From Octopus sinensis (Eukaryota), in the NCBI RefSeq assembly GCF_006345805.1, contig NC_043005.1:25048001-25112000 (forward strand): a stretch of DNA of 64,000 nucleotides, written 5' to 3'. The notes under the pieces were generated by a model. It saw nothing but the letters and a program-made list of their open reading frames with translations, was not told the origin of the DNA and made no database searches. The stretch's first letter is position 1. Each line of letters begins with the position of its first letter. Shown here piece by piece: positions 12,591 to 24,974 of the stretch. The translations under genes and the position numbers were made by a program.

Positions 12591-12670
12591 TTTTGGCTGA
12601 GGAGCTACAAGTGAGTTTTTGTGAGTAAAATTACATTTAATTCATTAATAGCGAAACAATTGTCCCAAAA
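12591..12670 (+). ncRNA. Type I hammerhead ribozyme, canonical core (array B copy 1)
   Basis: TTTTGG-CTGAGGA-GCTA [41-nt loop] TAGC-GAAA-CAATTG-TC-CCAAAA; perfect stems I and II, palindromic ACAATTGT stem III, GUC site after 12664. Confidence 0.88.
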
Positions 12671-13120
12671 TAATCTGTATTTTTGTTATTTTTTATTTGC
12701 CCTGTTCGTGTGAGCTAACAATCGTACTGACTTTCATGGGAAACATGTATATATTTTTGTGGTTGAAACCTTTTGGATTTACTAGTGCTAGAGTGAGCCA
12801 CATAATGACCACTCTCTTATATTTATTTTTGTATAAAATATTATAATATATTATAAAATATTATAATAATCAGGTTTTCTTGGGGCACTGGGCCACTGGT
12901 GTGATAGGTATACTATTAATTAGTATCTAATTCTCTCACCCTTATTATTAATATAATTATGCTACATTTATTTCTAAATGTAGTATTTGTTTCCGTGAAA
13001 GTTTGGCGCGCTGTTGGTAGGGGTATTGAATTATAACGTCGGATGTAATCAATTGAACCACACGTGTATTTATCGTTATGGTAAAATCTGGCGTGTGATG
13101 AGTGGATTTCATCCAGATAG

Positions 13121-13200
13121 TTTTGGCTGAGGAGCTACAAGTGAGTTTTTTGTGAGTAAAATTACATTTAATTCATTATAGCGAAACAATTGTCCCAAAA
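13121..13200 (+). ncRNA. Type I hammerhead ribozyme, canonical core (array B copy 2)
   Basis: Core and stems identical to copy 1; GUC site after 13194, 530 nt downstream of the first. Confidence 0.88.
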
Positions 13201-13485
13201 TAATCTGTATTTTTGTTATTTTTTATTTGCCCTGTTCGTGTGAGCTAACAATCGTACTGACTTTCATGGGAAACATGTATTTTTGTGGTTGTGAAACCTT
13301 TTGGATTTACTAGCGCTAGAGTGAGCCACATAGTGACCACTCTCTTATATTTATTTTTGTAAAATATTATAATATATTATAAAATATTATAATAATCCAG
13401 GTTTCTTGGGGCACTGGGCCACTTGGTATTGAATAGGTATACTATTAAATTAGTATCTAATTCTCTCACCCTTATTAATTAATTC

Positions 13486-13517
<32 letters not shown>

Positions 13518-14113
13518 ATATATACATACATACTTGAATGTGAAATTCCTTGAGAGTTCTGTTCATCCTGATGGTGGTGGTGGTGGTGGGGGGGGGGGCT
13601 GCCGAGATGCGCTTTAACTTGCAATCGGACCGCAGCAGTGAACTCCCGAAATGGCCATAGGTGTGGATTTTGACTTTCCATTTCTTGAAACTCTCTTACA
13701 CTCCTTGGATATCGAACCTAACATGGATTACTTCATTTTTAAGAACTGACCATTTTGATATATTTTTAATCGATGGGTAAATTTTTTAGCCAATTGATAT
13801 GTGTTAATAATTCTTTTTAACCACCTACTATAATTATTTTTATATTACATGGAAAAATGCGAGCAAGGGAAATAATATTCCTAAGATTATAAACCTGGAA
13901 AAATACAGGACAAGTTATTAGACTTGGAAAAGTTCAACACAAGTTATTACATCTGGTAAAGTACAGAAATTTTTAATGGAGAGTCAAAACTCCCAATTTA
14001 TTCATCAGTCTCGTTTTCAGTGAAATTGGTGGATAAGTTGGGGGTTTTGACTCACTTTTCATGTAAGCTGGTGTTTCGTGTACCGTCTATTATAATTATA
14101 CATATATATATAT

Positions 14114-14398
14114 CGAGGTTACCGTGGTCTTTTCCGTAGGCTTTTCTTTCCATGGGTAAACTTCACCTGTCCTCCCCTTTACACTTCATATTGACATTTC
14201 TGTGATAACGATCCCTATTGATCCAATTTTGTCCCCCCCTTTTTTTTTTAATCCCACCCCCTTTTTTGTCCTCTTTCTTTCCATTTACGATCCCTTTTGA
14301 TCGAAAACCAAATCCCCTTCTTTTACCCACAAAAGAAAAGCTCTACCTTGTAATTTTGTCCTGTCTGTGTGCAGCCCTGTGTGGATAATAAAGAAACA
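14114..14398 (+). mobile_element. Tx1/L1-clade element, 3' UTR only
   Basis: Matches 4980-5280 (CGAGGTTACCGTGGTCTTTTCCGTAGG..GCAGCCCTGTGTGG..AATAAAGAAAC); flanked by (AT)n. Confidence 0.85.
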
Positions 14399-14432
14399 TA
14401 TATATATATTTATCTATGTATGTATACAAACA

Positions 14433-14738
14433 ACAAAACAAGTGGCACTCTGACGGTTACGATGATGACCATTCCAATTGATATGATCAACTGGTCACGT
14501 GCTTTTGGCTGAGTACTCTAAAGACAGGCATACCCTTAATGTAGTTCCCAGAGAGGTTCGTTGCGACACGGGATGTGACAAGGATCGCCCTTTGAATTAC
14601 GAGTGGAACTCATTTTTGTCAGTTGAGTGGACTGGAACAACGTGAAATAAAGTATCTTGCTCAAGGACATAACGTGTCGCCGGGAATTGAACTCACAAAA
14701 TTACGATTGTGAGCTGAATACCTTAATCACTAAGCCTT
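14433..14738 (-). mobile_element. tRNA-derived SINE
   Basis: Minus-strand head with GAGTTCAATTCCCGG and GTCCTTGAGCAAGATACTTT; its tail matches 50783-50940. Confidence 0.7.
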
Positions 14739-14957
14739 ATGATTAAAAGAAAAAAACAAACAAACCAAAAACGAAGAAAGAAACATTTAGAAAGAGTAAA
14801 TAAAAGAACGAAAAGAGCGACAGGGCAGGAGAATGAATGGTAGAGAGAAAGAGCAAAAGATAGACAGACAGATAGATGGATGGATGGATAGATAGACAGA
14901 CAAACAAATAAATATTTAGTTAGATAAATAGACAGATATATAATTAGATAGATAGAG

Positions 14958-15028
<71 letters not shown>

Positions 15029-15305
15029 AAGATAGATTGACAGACACAGACAAAGGTAGATTAGGCAGAGCCAGAAATTAACGGTAGGAAAATATGGGGG
15101 GGAATAGAAAGAAATTTATTAATGTTTTCTGTACCCTTGCCTCATAAATTTGGAGAGCAAAATATGAAAGAAAATAATAGATTTCTGACTAATAAACTAG
15201 ATTAGGTAGCATGTGTTGGCGCGATCACATGGCCAGGATACCAACATGTGACTAACTATAGTAGAACTCTAGTTAATTCATTAGCGGACAAGAATTTTAC
15301 AAGAT

Positions 15306-15307
<2 letters not shown>

Positions 15308-15339
<32 letters not shown>

Positions 15340-15504
15340 CACACACACACACACATACATACATACATACATACATACATACATACATGCATAGATCTCA
15401 TTTACTTAATAATGGAATGTTTCTACTCCTAATGATGCATTTAAAGTAATGATCTCTCTGCATTTAATGGATCCTCAATACGAACGCACGCTTTCGCAAA
15501 TATG

Positions 15505-15545
<41 letters not shown>

Positions 15546-16075
15546 GTATGTATATATATATGGATGCGCACGCATAAATATATACACTCATTGTTTATGT
15601 ATACATTCATAATTCATATTCCTGTATATGTAAAAATTTTTGCATGTTTGTATGCAAGTATGTTTGTCAGTTACGCAAGAGTATGGTCGTGTGCATAACT
15701 AGCGCTTTGGAATTCACTTTGTAAGCATGTGGATTAGGTTTCAATTTCTCTATGCGTAGAAATGCGTAGGAAACAAAACGCTAAAGCCTGCCTCCTGTAT
15801 ATATATATGGATACAAATGGATAGATTGATAGATAAATAGATAGATATAGATATATTTCACACACACACACACACACCACACACACACACACACACACCC
15901 ACACACAACACACACACACACACACATCACATACATACATACATACTACCTACATACATACATGCATAGATCTCATTTACTTATAATGGAATGTTTCTAC
16001 TCCTAATGATGCATTTAAAGTAATGATCTCTGCATTTAATGGATCCTCAATACGAACGCACGCTTTCGCAAATAT

Positions 16076-16110
<35 letters not shown>

Positions 16111-16460
16111 TATATATATGTTGTATTATATATAATGATGCGCACGCATAAATATATACACTCATTGTTTATGTATACATTCATAATTCATATTCCTGTA
16201 TATGTAAAATGTTTGCATGTTTGTATGCAAGTATGTTTGTCAGTTACGCAAGAGTATGGTCGTGTGCATAACTAGCGCTTTGGAATTCACTTTGTAAGCA
16301 TGTGGATTAGGTTTCAATTTCTCTATGCGTAGAAATGCGTAGGAAACAAAACGCTAAAGCCTGCCTCCTGTATATATATATGGATACAAATGGATAGATT
16401 GATAGATAAATAGATAGATATAGATATATTTACACACACACACACACACACACGCACACA
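15308..16460. repeat. Local tandem duplication of about 575 bp bounded by (CA)n tracts
   Basis: GCATAGATCTCATTTAC at about 15389 and 15964, followed by near-identical sequence. Confidence 0.9.
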
Positions 16461-16462
16461 CA

Positions 16463-16688
16463 TTCTTTAATTCTTTTATTTGTTTCAGTCGTTTGACTGC
16501 GGCCATGCTAGAGCACCGCCTTTAGTCGAGCAAACCGACCCTAGGACTTATTCTTTGTAAGCCTAGTACTTATTCTATCGATCTTTTGCCGAACCACTAG
16601 ATGACGAGGACGCAAACACACCAGCATCGGTTGTCAAGCGATGTTGGGAGAGTGGGACAAACACAGGCACACAAACATATACATACGT

Positions 16689-16720
<32 letters not shown>

Positions 16721-16857
16721 CATACATGACAGGCTTCTTTCAGTTTCCGTCTACCAAATCTACTCACAAGGCTTTGGTCGGCCCGAGGCTATAGTAGAAA
16801 ACACTGGGACTGAACACAGAGCCATGTGGTTGGGAAGCAAGCAGCTTACCACACAGC
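16463..16857 (-). mobile_element. Full-length tRNA-derived SINE (same family as 11809)
   Basis: Reverse complement of head, core, internal microsatellite and tail. Confidence 0.8.
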
Positions 16858-17089
16858 GAATCAATCCTGCGTCTATACATACATACATACATACATACAT
16901 ACCTACATACATATATACATACATACATACATACATGCATGCATGCATGCATACATACATACATACATGCATGCATACATACATACATACATACATACAT
17001 ACATACATACATACATACATACATACATACAAACACACACACATATATATATATAAATGGATGAATGAGTTATTCTTTGTTTACCGTTA

Positions 17090-18190
17090 ACTAGGAAAAT
17101 TCAATAACCAGTTACCAGGGTAGCAAAATTCACGCAATTAACAAGGATGTAGCGACCTATTTAAAGGTAGAAACTCCGGGTAAATGTGCAGTAATTTGTA
17201 TAGTATAAGTAAATAAATGGAGTTGAATGCAGGTGTTATTCAAAGTCTTTTACTTTCGACATTTGTTTCGAAGACAACATTGGTTTTATTCCAAAGGAAT
17301 AAAAGGTGTAAAATAATGTAATCTTCTCATCAGGAAAGAAAGAGAACCTATCTCAACAACAAGGCATTATAACAATTTTGATGACTGCATAAATGATAAA
17401 CAGAACGCTATTAAGTATTTAAAAAAACTGTTATGAGATCCGACGTCAAAGGCAGACCCTAGGAAGAGAAGGGGTAAAGAAATAATAAGTAGAGATCAAA
17501 TAAAGAGGGATATATTGGTTGAAAAAATGTTTAAAGGTTTGGAAGTAGATTTCTATTATAATGTCTTGTTGTTGAGATAGGTTCTCTTTTTTTCCTGATG
17601 AGAAGATTGCATTATTTAACACAGTTTATTCCTTTGGAATAAAACCAATGTTGTCTTGGAAGTAGATTTTTCTATTGAAGTAAAGTGCAAGGTGAACTAA
17701 ATGTTCAAACTATACAGACTGGTAAAATCACTTATATGAGCTAAAGGTATGTTTCTGCCAGTGCTTACATTTGTAAGATTACTCTAGAAGTGTGTTAACA
17801 GGGTGATTCTTAGCGAAGAGAATATGGAAGAGTTGAGAGTTGCAAATGTTACAAAAACTTTTGTCCTTGTCATAAGGGAAAGGGATGGACAGGATGAACC
17901 AATCTAACTTAAAATCCTTATTGTTGTCTTTAAGATACCAAACCAATTTACTTAGCCCTGTGCTATAAGGTTTACTGCTATCCCTAAATGAAGAATAATT
18001 ATTGAAAATTATCTTAGATAACTGGGAAGAGGACACGCCAATGTAGAAATAGACATCGGTAACGCAAGAAATTTTACATTGGTATATAGAATTCTTAATC
18101 TTAGAATTATTAGACATAAATTTAATTCTGTTGAGGGTTATCCTCAGAGACCAAAACTATGTTTTCCTAGTAATAGGAAATATCTGCGTT
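17090..18190 (-). mobile_element. Penelope-like element 3' fragment: GIY-YIG endonuclease remnant plus a terminal repeat with a hammerhead
   Basis: ORF 17779-18117: KNSIYQC..YFYIGVS..STGLSKLVWYLKD..DW.IL..PY..CNIC; HHR downstream on the same strand. Confidence 0.8.
17253..17338 (-). ncRNA. Type I hammerhead ribozyme, canonical core
   Basis: Minus strand CTTTC-CTGATGA-GAAGA [long loop with a TTTATTCC/GGAATAAA hairpin] TCTTC-GAAA-CAAATG-TC-GAAAG; perfect 5-bp stems I and II. Confidence 0.85.
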
Positions 18191-18218
18191 CAACTCCTTT
18201 TATTTACTTATATGTATG

Positions 18219-18334
<116 letters not shown>

Positions 18335-18480
18335 GCATAATTAAATCTCAGAATGAGATTGAAACAGTAATCGCTCGATAATGTAAAGTATAGAAGCCAT
18401 CTTATCATGGCTAACCACATTGGGGAGGGGGTTGTTACTGTAGCTTTATAGCCCCAAGAGATCTTCATCTCTAAACAACA

Positions 18481-18857
18481 ATATAGGAATGGCCCTGATA
18501 GGCCATTCGACTCACTAGAAAGAGCAGCCAAACTCAAACCGCTAAATAGTTGTAATTCTGAAATTGGAAGAGAAATAAAAGCATTTACCCCTTTTCATCT
18601 CTGGACTATGCATAGTTTCGACAAACTTAGGTAAACAAATAAGTTAAATTAAATTAAATTTGCTTACAACTGGCGAGTCTCATCAATAATTTAATTAATT
18701 TGTTTACCTAAGTTTGTCAAAACTATGCATAGTCCAGAGATGAAAAGGGGTAAATGTTTTTATTTCTCTTCCAATTTCAGAATTACAACTATTTAGCGGT
18801 TTGGGTTTGGCTGCTCTTTCTAGTGAGTCGAATGGCCTATCAGGGCCATTCCTATAT
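18481..18857. repeat. Fold-back (about 170-bp arms) containing a hammerhead truncated at its core
   Basis: 18481-18650 is the reverse complement of about 18690-18857; minus strand TGATGA-GAC..GTC-GAAA-CTATGCATAG-TC-CAGAG at 18599-18685. Confidence 0.75.
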
Positions 18858-19505
18858 TGTTGAACGTATATTATATAGTCTTTTACTATTTTTTCTTTCT
18901 CACTAGAGCGCTGGTAGCGGAGAATTTCTTTGCTACTCTGATATTTATTAATATATATATATACTCATGTATACACGTATACACACACGCACACACATGT
19001 ATATATGCATATGTTGACGTTTATTATATTATGCCCTATGCAAGCATAATTTAATGAAGTTTTCCCCTGACGAACCGTTGAGAATCTGCAGGCAAAGGTA
19101 TTATGAAGAACCACTGGAGAAGATGCAATTAGCCAATTTTCAAAACGTTCGTGACGAAGAAAGGGAACGAAGGTCATCTTGTATTCATCATACTTTTCCC
19201 TCGCTCTCACACACATATGCTCTCACGCGCGCACACACACATACACACACGAATATATATCTCTGTCCTGAATGTGTATATATATATATATATTATATGT
19301 AAAGGAATACAAAATTTGGGACAATAAGGCAAAACATCCAGACAGATGATACAAAAAAAGAAGCATCTGTGTGGATGGTTTGTTGTCCCATTTTTGTTTC
19401 ATCTAACTGTGAGGATGTTTTACGTTCTTGTCCCATGTTTTGTATTCCTTTTTATATTCATATGGCGGCGTACGTACACTTTGGTCTCTCTTATATATAT
19501 ACAAT

Positions 19506-20360
19506 AGGTGCAGGAGTGGCTGTGTGGAAAGTAGCTTGCTAAACAACCACATGGTTCCGGGTTCAGTCCCACTGCGTGGCATCTTGGGCAATGGTCTTCT
19601 GCTATAGCCCCGGGACGACCAATGCCTTTTGAGTGGATTTGGCAGACGGAAACTGAAAGAAGCCTGTCGTATATATGTATATATATATATGTATGTGTGT
19701 CTGTTTGTGTGTCTGTGTTTGTCCCCCTAGCATTGCTTGACAACCGATGCTGGTGTGTTTACGTCCCCGTCACTTAGCGGTTCGGCAAAAGAGACTGATA
19801 GAATAAGTACTAGGCTTAAAAAGAATAAGTCCCGGGGTCGATTTGCTCGACTAAAGGCGGTGCTCCAGCATGGCCGCAGTCAAATGACTGAAACAAGTAA
19901 AAGAGTAAAAGAGTATACATACATACACATACACACACACACACCACACACACATATATATATAGAGTGGCTGTGTGGTAAGTAGTTTACTTACCAACCA
20001 CATGCTTCCGAGTTCAGTCCCACTGCGTGGAACTTTGGACAGGTGTCTTCTACTATAGCCACCGACCGACCAACCAAAGCCTTGTGAGTGGATTTGGTAG
20101 ACGGAACCTGAAAGAAGCCTGTCGTATATCTGTATGTGTGTGTATATGTTGTGTATCTGTATCTGCCCCTCCAGCATCGCTTGACAACCGATGCTGGTGT
20201 GTTTGGGTCTCCGTAACATTAGCGGTTCGGCAATAAGTACTAGGATGGAATGAGTACTAGGCTTACAAAGCGTAAGTCCTGAGGTCGATTTGATTCGACT
20301 AAAGGCGGTGCTCCAGCATGGCCGCAGTCAAATGACTGAAACAAGTAAAAGAATAAAAGA
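19506..20360 (+). mobile_element. Two head-to-tail copies of the microsatellite-containing tRNA SINE (19506-19912 and 19964-20360)
   Basis: Both show the head, core, internal microsatellite and tail of the 11809 copy. Confidence 0.85.
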
Positions 20361-20379
20361 ACATATATATATATGTATG

Positions 20380-20443
<64 letters not shown>

Positions 20444-20450
<7 letters not shown>

Positions 20451-22118
20451 AAAATTGAGGGAGATAAATTAATATTAATTTTAATATCAATTTAAAACCA
20501 GTAGTCCAGCATTCAAAAAAAAATTTTTTTTTGAATGCTGGACTACTGGTTTTAATTGATATTAAAATTAATATTAATTTATCTCCCTCAATTTTTAAAT
20601 ATTTAAATAAATACGTTCCCTAGTTGTAAGCACTACCCGCAGTGAATTATTCACTGCAGCCCTTCGCTTCAGGAGTCTCTCAGCGCGCCAGAACCAAGAC
20701 ATTTGAAATTTTATTCCCGATGTAATCAGTAAGACTAAGCACGTGTCTGTCTTGACACAGAGAGCTGGGGTTAGTCTTTCAGTTTGCATCTCAAGGACCG
20801 AATGTACTGATGAAGTCACGGACACTTGAATTATGCAAGTAATTCTTTTGTTAAGACCGAAACCGAGGTATGCATTTAAGTCTGTTATTTATTTAATTTT
20901 TCATATGTCCTGCCCGCCAAAGTTGGTTCTGGTGCTCGCTGAATTCTTCCTCTAGAGAATTTCCCTTGTAGTTTGATCGTTGATGATCTTCTTCTAGCAT
21001 TCTGGCCGGCTACCTAGCAGGCCAGCCCTGCCAATATACACATATATTTGAATTTTCTCTGACTCCTCAGATTTTTTGAATGCTGGACTACTGGTTTTAA
21101 TTGATATTAAAATTAATATTAATTATCTCCCTCAATTTTTAAATATTTAAATAAAACGTTCCCTAGTTGTAAGCACTACCCGCAGTGAATTATTCACTGC
21201 AGCCCTTCGCTTCAGGAGTCTCTCAGCGCGCCAGAACCAAGAATTTGAAATTTTATTCCCGATGTAATCAGTAAGACTAAGCACGTGTCTGTCTTGACAC
21301 AGAGAGCTGGGGTTAGTCTTGCGGTTTGCATCTCAGGGACCGAATACTGATGAAGTCACGACCACTTGAATTATGCAAGTAATTCTTTTGTTAGACCGAA
21401 ACCGAGGTATGCATTTAAGTCTGTTATTTATTTAATTTTTCATATGTCCTGCCCGCCAAAGTTGGTTCTGGTGCTCGCTGAATTCTTCCTCTAGAGAATT
21501 TCCCTTGTAGTTTGATCGTTGATGATCTTCTTCTAGCATTCTGGCCGGCTACCTAGCAGGCCAGCCCTGCCAATATACACATATATTTGAATTTTCTCTG
21601 ACTCCTCAGATTTTTTGAATGCTGGACTACTGGTTTTAAATTGATATTAAAATTAATATTAATTTATCTCCCTCAATTTTTAAATATTTAAATAAATACG
21701 TTCCCTAGTTGTAAGCACTACCCGCAGTGAATTATTCACTGCAGCCCTTCGCTTCAGGAGTCTCTCAGCGCGCCAGAACCAAGACATTTGAAATTTTATT
21801 CCCGATGTAATCAGTAAGACTAAGCACGTGTCTGTCTTGACACAGAGAGCTGGGGTTAGTCTTGCGGTTTGCATCTCAGGGACCGAATATACTGATGAAG
21901 TCACGGACACTTGAATTATGCAAGTAATTCTTTTGTTAAGACCGAAACCGAGGTATGCATTTAAGTCTGTTATTTATTTAATTTTTCATATGTCCTGCCC
22001 GCCAAAGTTGGTTCTGGTGCTCGCTGAATTCTTCCTCTAGAGAATTTCCCTTGTAGTTTGATCGTTGATGATCTTCTTCTAGCATTCTGGCCGGCTACCT
22101 AGCAGGCCAGCCCTGCCA

Positions 22119-22120
<2 letters not shown>
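20444..22120 (+). repeat. Tandem array C: about 3 units of 540-545 bp with an inverted head of about 78 bp, flanked by (TA)n
   Basis: TTTTTTGAATGCTGGACTACTGG at about 20527, 21071 and 21611; 20444-20522 is the reverse complement of the unit start. Confidence 0.92.
20801..20876 (+). ncRNA. Type I hammerhead ribozyme (array C copy 1; further copies at about 21343-21415 and 21886-21961)
   Basis: AATGTA-CTGATGA-AGTC [37-nt loop with an ACTTG/CAAGT hairpin] GACC-GAAA-CCGAGG-TA-TGCATT; GUA site after 20870; A.C mismatch at the base of stem II. Confidence 0.75.
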
Positions 22121-22148
<28 letters not shown>

Positions 22149-22149
<1 letters not shown>

Positions 22150-23016
22150 AAATATTATTCGAGACAAAACCACTATTTTGCAAAACAAACAAGGAAAGAC
22201 TTAATCATACATAATTTTAATAAATAGTCAAAAAAACGCCAATACATCGTTTCTTGTCTTGATCGACATCTTCAGGTGGACTTCCAATCTAAAAATCAAT
22301 ATTAAAAATTAAAATAATAATTTTAAAATAATTAAAGTATGAATGAAAAAATATAAGTATATAATCCATATATAACCTATCTATAATCCATATATAATCA
22401 ATATATAAAATATATAACTAAAAAAACCTATCAACAATTAATATAAAATATAAAATTAAAATATAAAATATAAAATATAAAACAAAACAAAAAAAAAAAA
22501 AATAAATAAATAATAAAATAATAAATATAATATTAGACTATATATACACCCATACCATATACCTAATTATATATAACCATATCTAACTACATACACTAAA
22601 TCACACACCTATATATATATCCCTATACATACACATAAAAATGTCTAGGCAACTATAAATAAATAAAATAGCTATATTTTATATTTTATATTTATATTTT
22701 ATATTTATATTTTATATTTAATTGTTGATAGGTTTTTTTCGTTTATATATTGTTATATATTGATTATATATGGATTATAGATAGGTTATATATGGATTAT
22801 ATACTTATATTTTTTCATTCATACTTAATTATTTTAAAATTATTATTTTATTTTTAAATATTGATTTTTTAGATTGGAAGTCCACCTGAAGATTGTCGAT
22901 CAAGACAAGAGAACGATTGTAGTGGCGGTTTTTTGACTATTTATTAAAATTTATGTATTGATTAAGTCTTTCCTTGTTGTTTTGCAAAATAGTGGTTTTG
23001 TCTCGAATAATATTTT
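22149..23016. repeat. Large fold-back (arms about 330 bp, spacer about 190 bp), each arm with a degenerate minimal hammerhead (22239-22279 minus, 22882-22925 plus)
   Basis: Arms are reverse complements from AAAATATTATTCGAGAC to GTCTCGAATAATATTTT; motif CCAC-CTGAAGA-(T)TGTC gatcaa GACA(A)-GAAA-CGATG-TA-GTGG reconstructed from the two arms. Confidence 0.8.
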
Positions 23017-23090
23017 AATAATATTTTACTATAAATCGATTTAATCCTAAATGATTTTTTTCCCTGTAAATTTGGATTTACCCTAATATT

Positions 23091-23211
<121 letters not shown>

Positions 23212-23357
23212 ATATATATATTATATTGTGTTTCTTTCTATGGAATAGCGTAGGCTCGAAATGTTAAAAACTTTTTCATTTCCTGAGCGGTATACTAATA
23301 CATTTGTTTGTTGTTCACAGGACGTGTCTTCGTCTTTTGTTTTTTTGGTGAATTCTT

Positions 23358-23516
<159 letters not shown>

Positions 23517-24974
23517 TAGATACATGCATACGTACATATACATGTACATGTGCGTGCACACACGCAGAAACGTATATAGAAAGAAAGGAAAAAAGAGAGA
23601 AAGCGAGAGAGAGAGAGAGAGAGAAGGAGTGAAGGTCCTTCTAGGCTAATGGTTATAGTAATGAACTCACAGCCATAATATCATGATTTCGATTCGTGGA
23701 CCAGGTAGTACATTGAATGAAATACATAGAAGCAGAAGTATAACGCTAAATATAACAGCACCGTAACCTATGTCCAATCCAAACGATAGAAGCTGTCACG
23801 TTATTTATTGTAATATTTCCTTGTTTTAAAAACTACATCAAAATGTCTTTTCTTAGATCGCAAGAATAATTTATATCTTTACAGGAAAAGATAGAAAGAT
23901 AAATATTGAAAGTTAACTTGTACTTTGTATAATATGGCCTCTAACGAACTTTAGTAGACTGTTGAGAAAGCTTGAGGAAATCGGTTCCATCTCGGCAGGT
24001 GTTTAGTGTTTCTTCTCCGACTCTTAGGAAGTCGAGTGTACCTCGCGGTCCTGTTAATGGATTTGTCTTCATCACCAGAGAGTACACTTCACTGCACTCA
24101 CCTTTTCTACTTCAACGAAAGTTTAATCTATAAATCACATGACCATCTTTTGCCAGACGTTTGACTCTTCCACTTCCATAATCCGTGATTTTAAGCGTAT
24201 GTTCGATTACATTTCTCAGAATTAGCAAAATAGTGATACCACACGTCCCAAAATAGAAATACTAATCTTATCTCTCTAATCCCTCTCAAATCAAATTCTG
24301 GCATTCAAAGGAAAGCAACAGCACAATTACTAGTTAGTTACTCTTTGGTACAATAAAACTACAACGGCATGAGAGCGTATAGGAACCAACAACTACACAG
24401 TGTTTTGGCCGACTAAAATATCACGTCAGATTACCATTGATCAATTCTTTATCGTTTTTAAAATATTAGTCTATATACTCAAAACCAATCAGGACTACAC
24501 AACAACCACCACACATCTCATGGCTTTTCGGCTTCGATATAAACCAGAAGGTTCGAAACTGCTGGATGGCACCTATACGTGCATAAATTGTGCCGTTTTG
24601 AGTGTCGTGGAAAGAACAACCTACCAATGGAAGGTTATGCAATAAGCTTTCAAAAGTATCAGGTTCTACGAGTGAAATAACTGTTTGCTTTATGGACGTT
24701 TTTGGAGAATTAAAGTGGAGCTGGTTAGTGACATCCTACTTTGGACATCTCATCGTAGTCATCATTGCCCTGCAAAGCTACACGCTGTGGTCATCTGGTC
24801 TTTGTGGAAAACCTAATGAATCCAGGATTATATCAATAATACCAAAGATATCTGCCTCTTCAACCACCTTTAAGTCAGCAAAATTAGGGTTTAAATGATA
24901 TTTTGCTGCTACTTCTAGCTGGCTGGCTGATTACATGAAAGTGTCCCAATGTCTTGAACTAAAGAATATCAAAA

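Larger units (their letters stand above)
12261..13485 (+). repeat. Tandem array B: about 2.2 units of about 530 bp with a short inverted head, flanked by (TA)n
   Basis: ATAATC(C)AGGTTT(T)CTTGGGG recurs near 12330, 12866 and 13392; 12261-12287 is the reverse complement of about 13331-13356. Confidence 0.9.

Noticed and set aside
13981-14053. 21-bp inverted repeat enclosing a minus-strand CTGATGA
   Set aside because: No downstream GAAA..UH or stem pairing on that strand, so it cannot be called an HHR
19067-19160. CTGACGA as a hammerhead core
   Set aside because: No convincing stem II or GAAA-stem III-UH downstream
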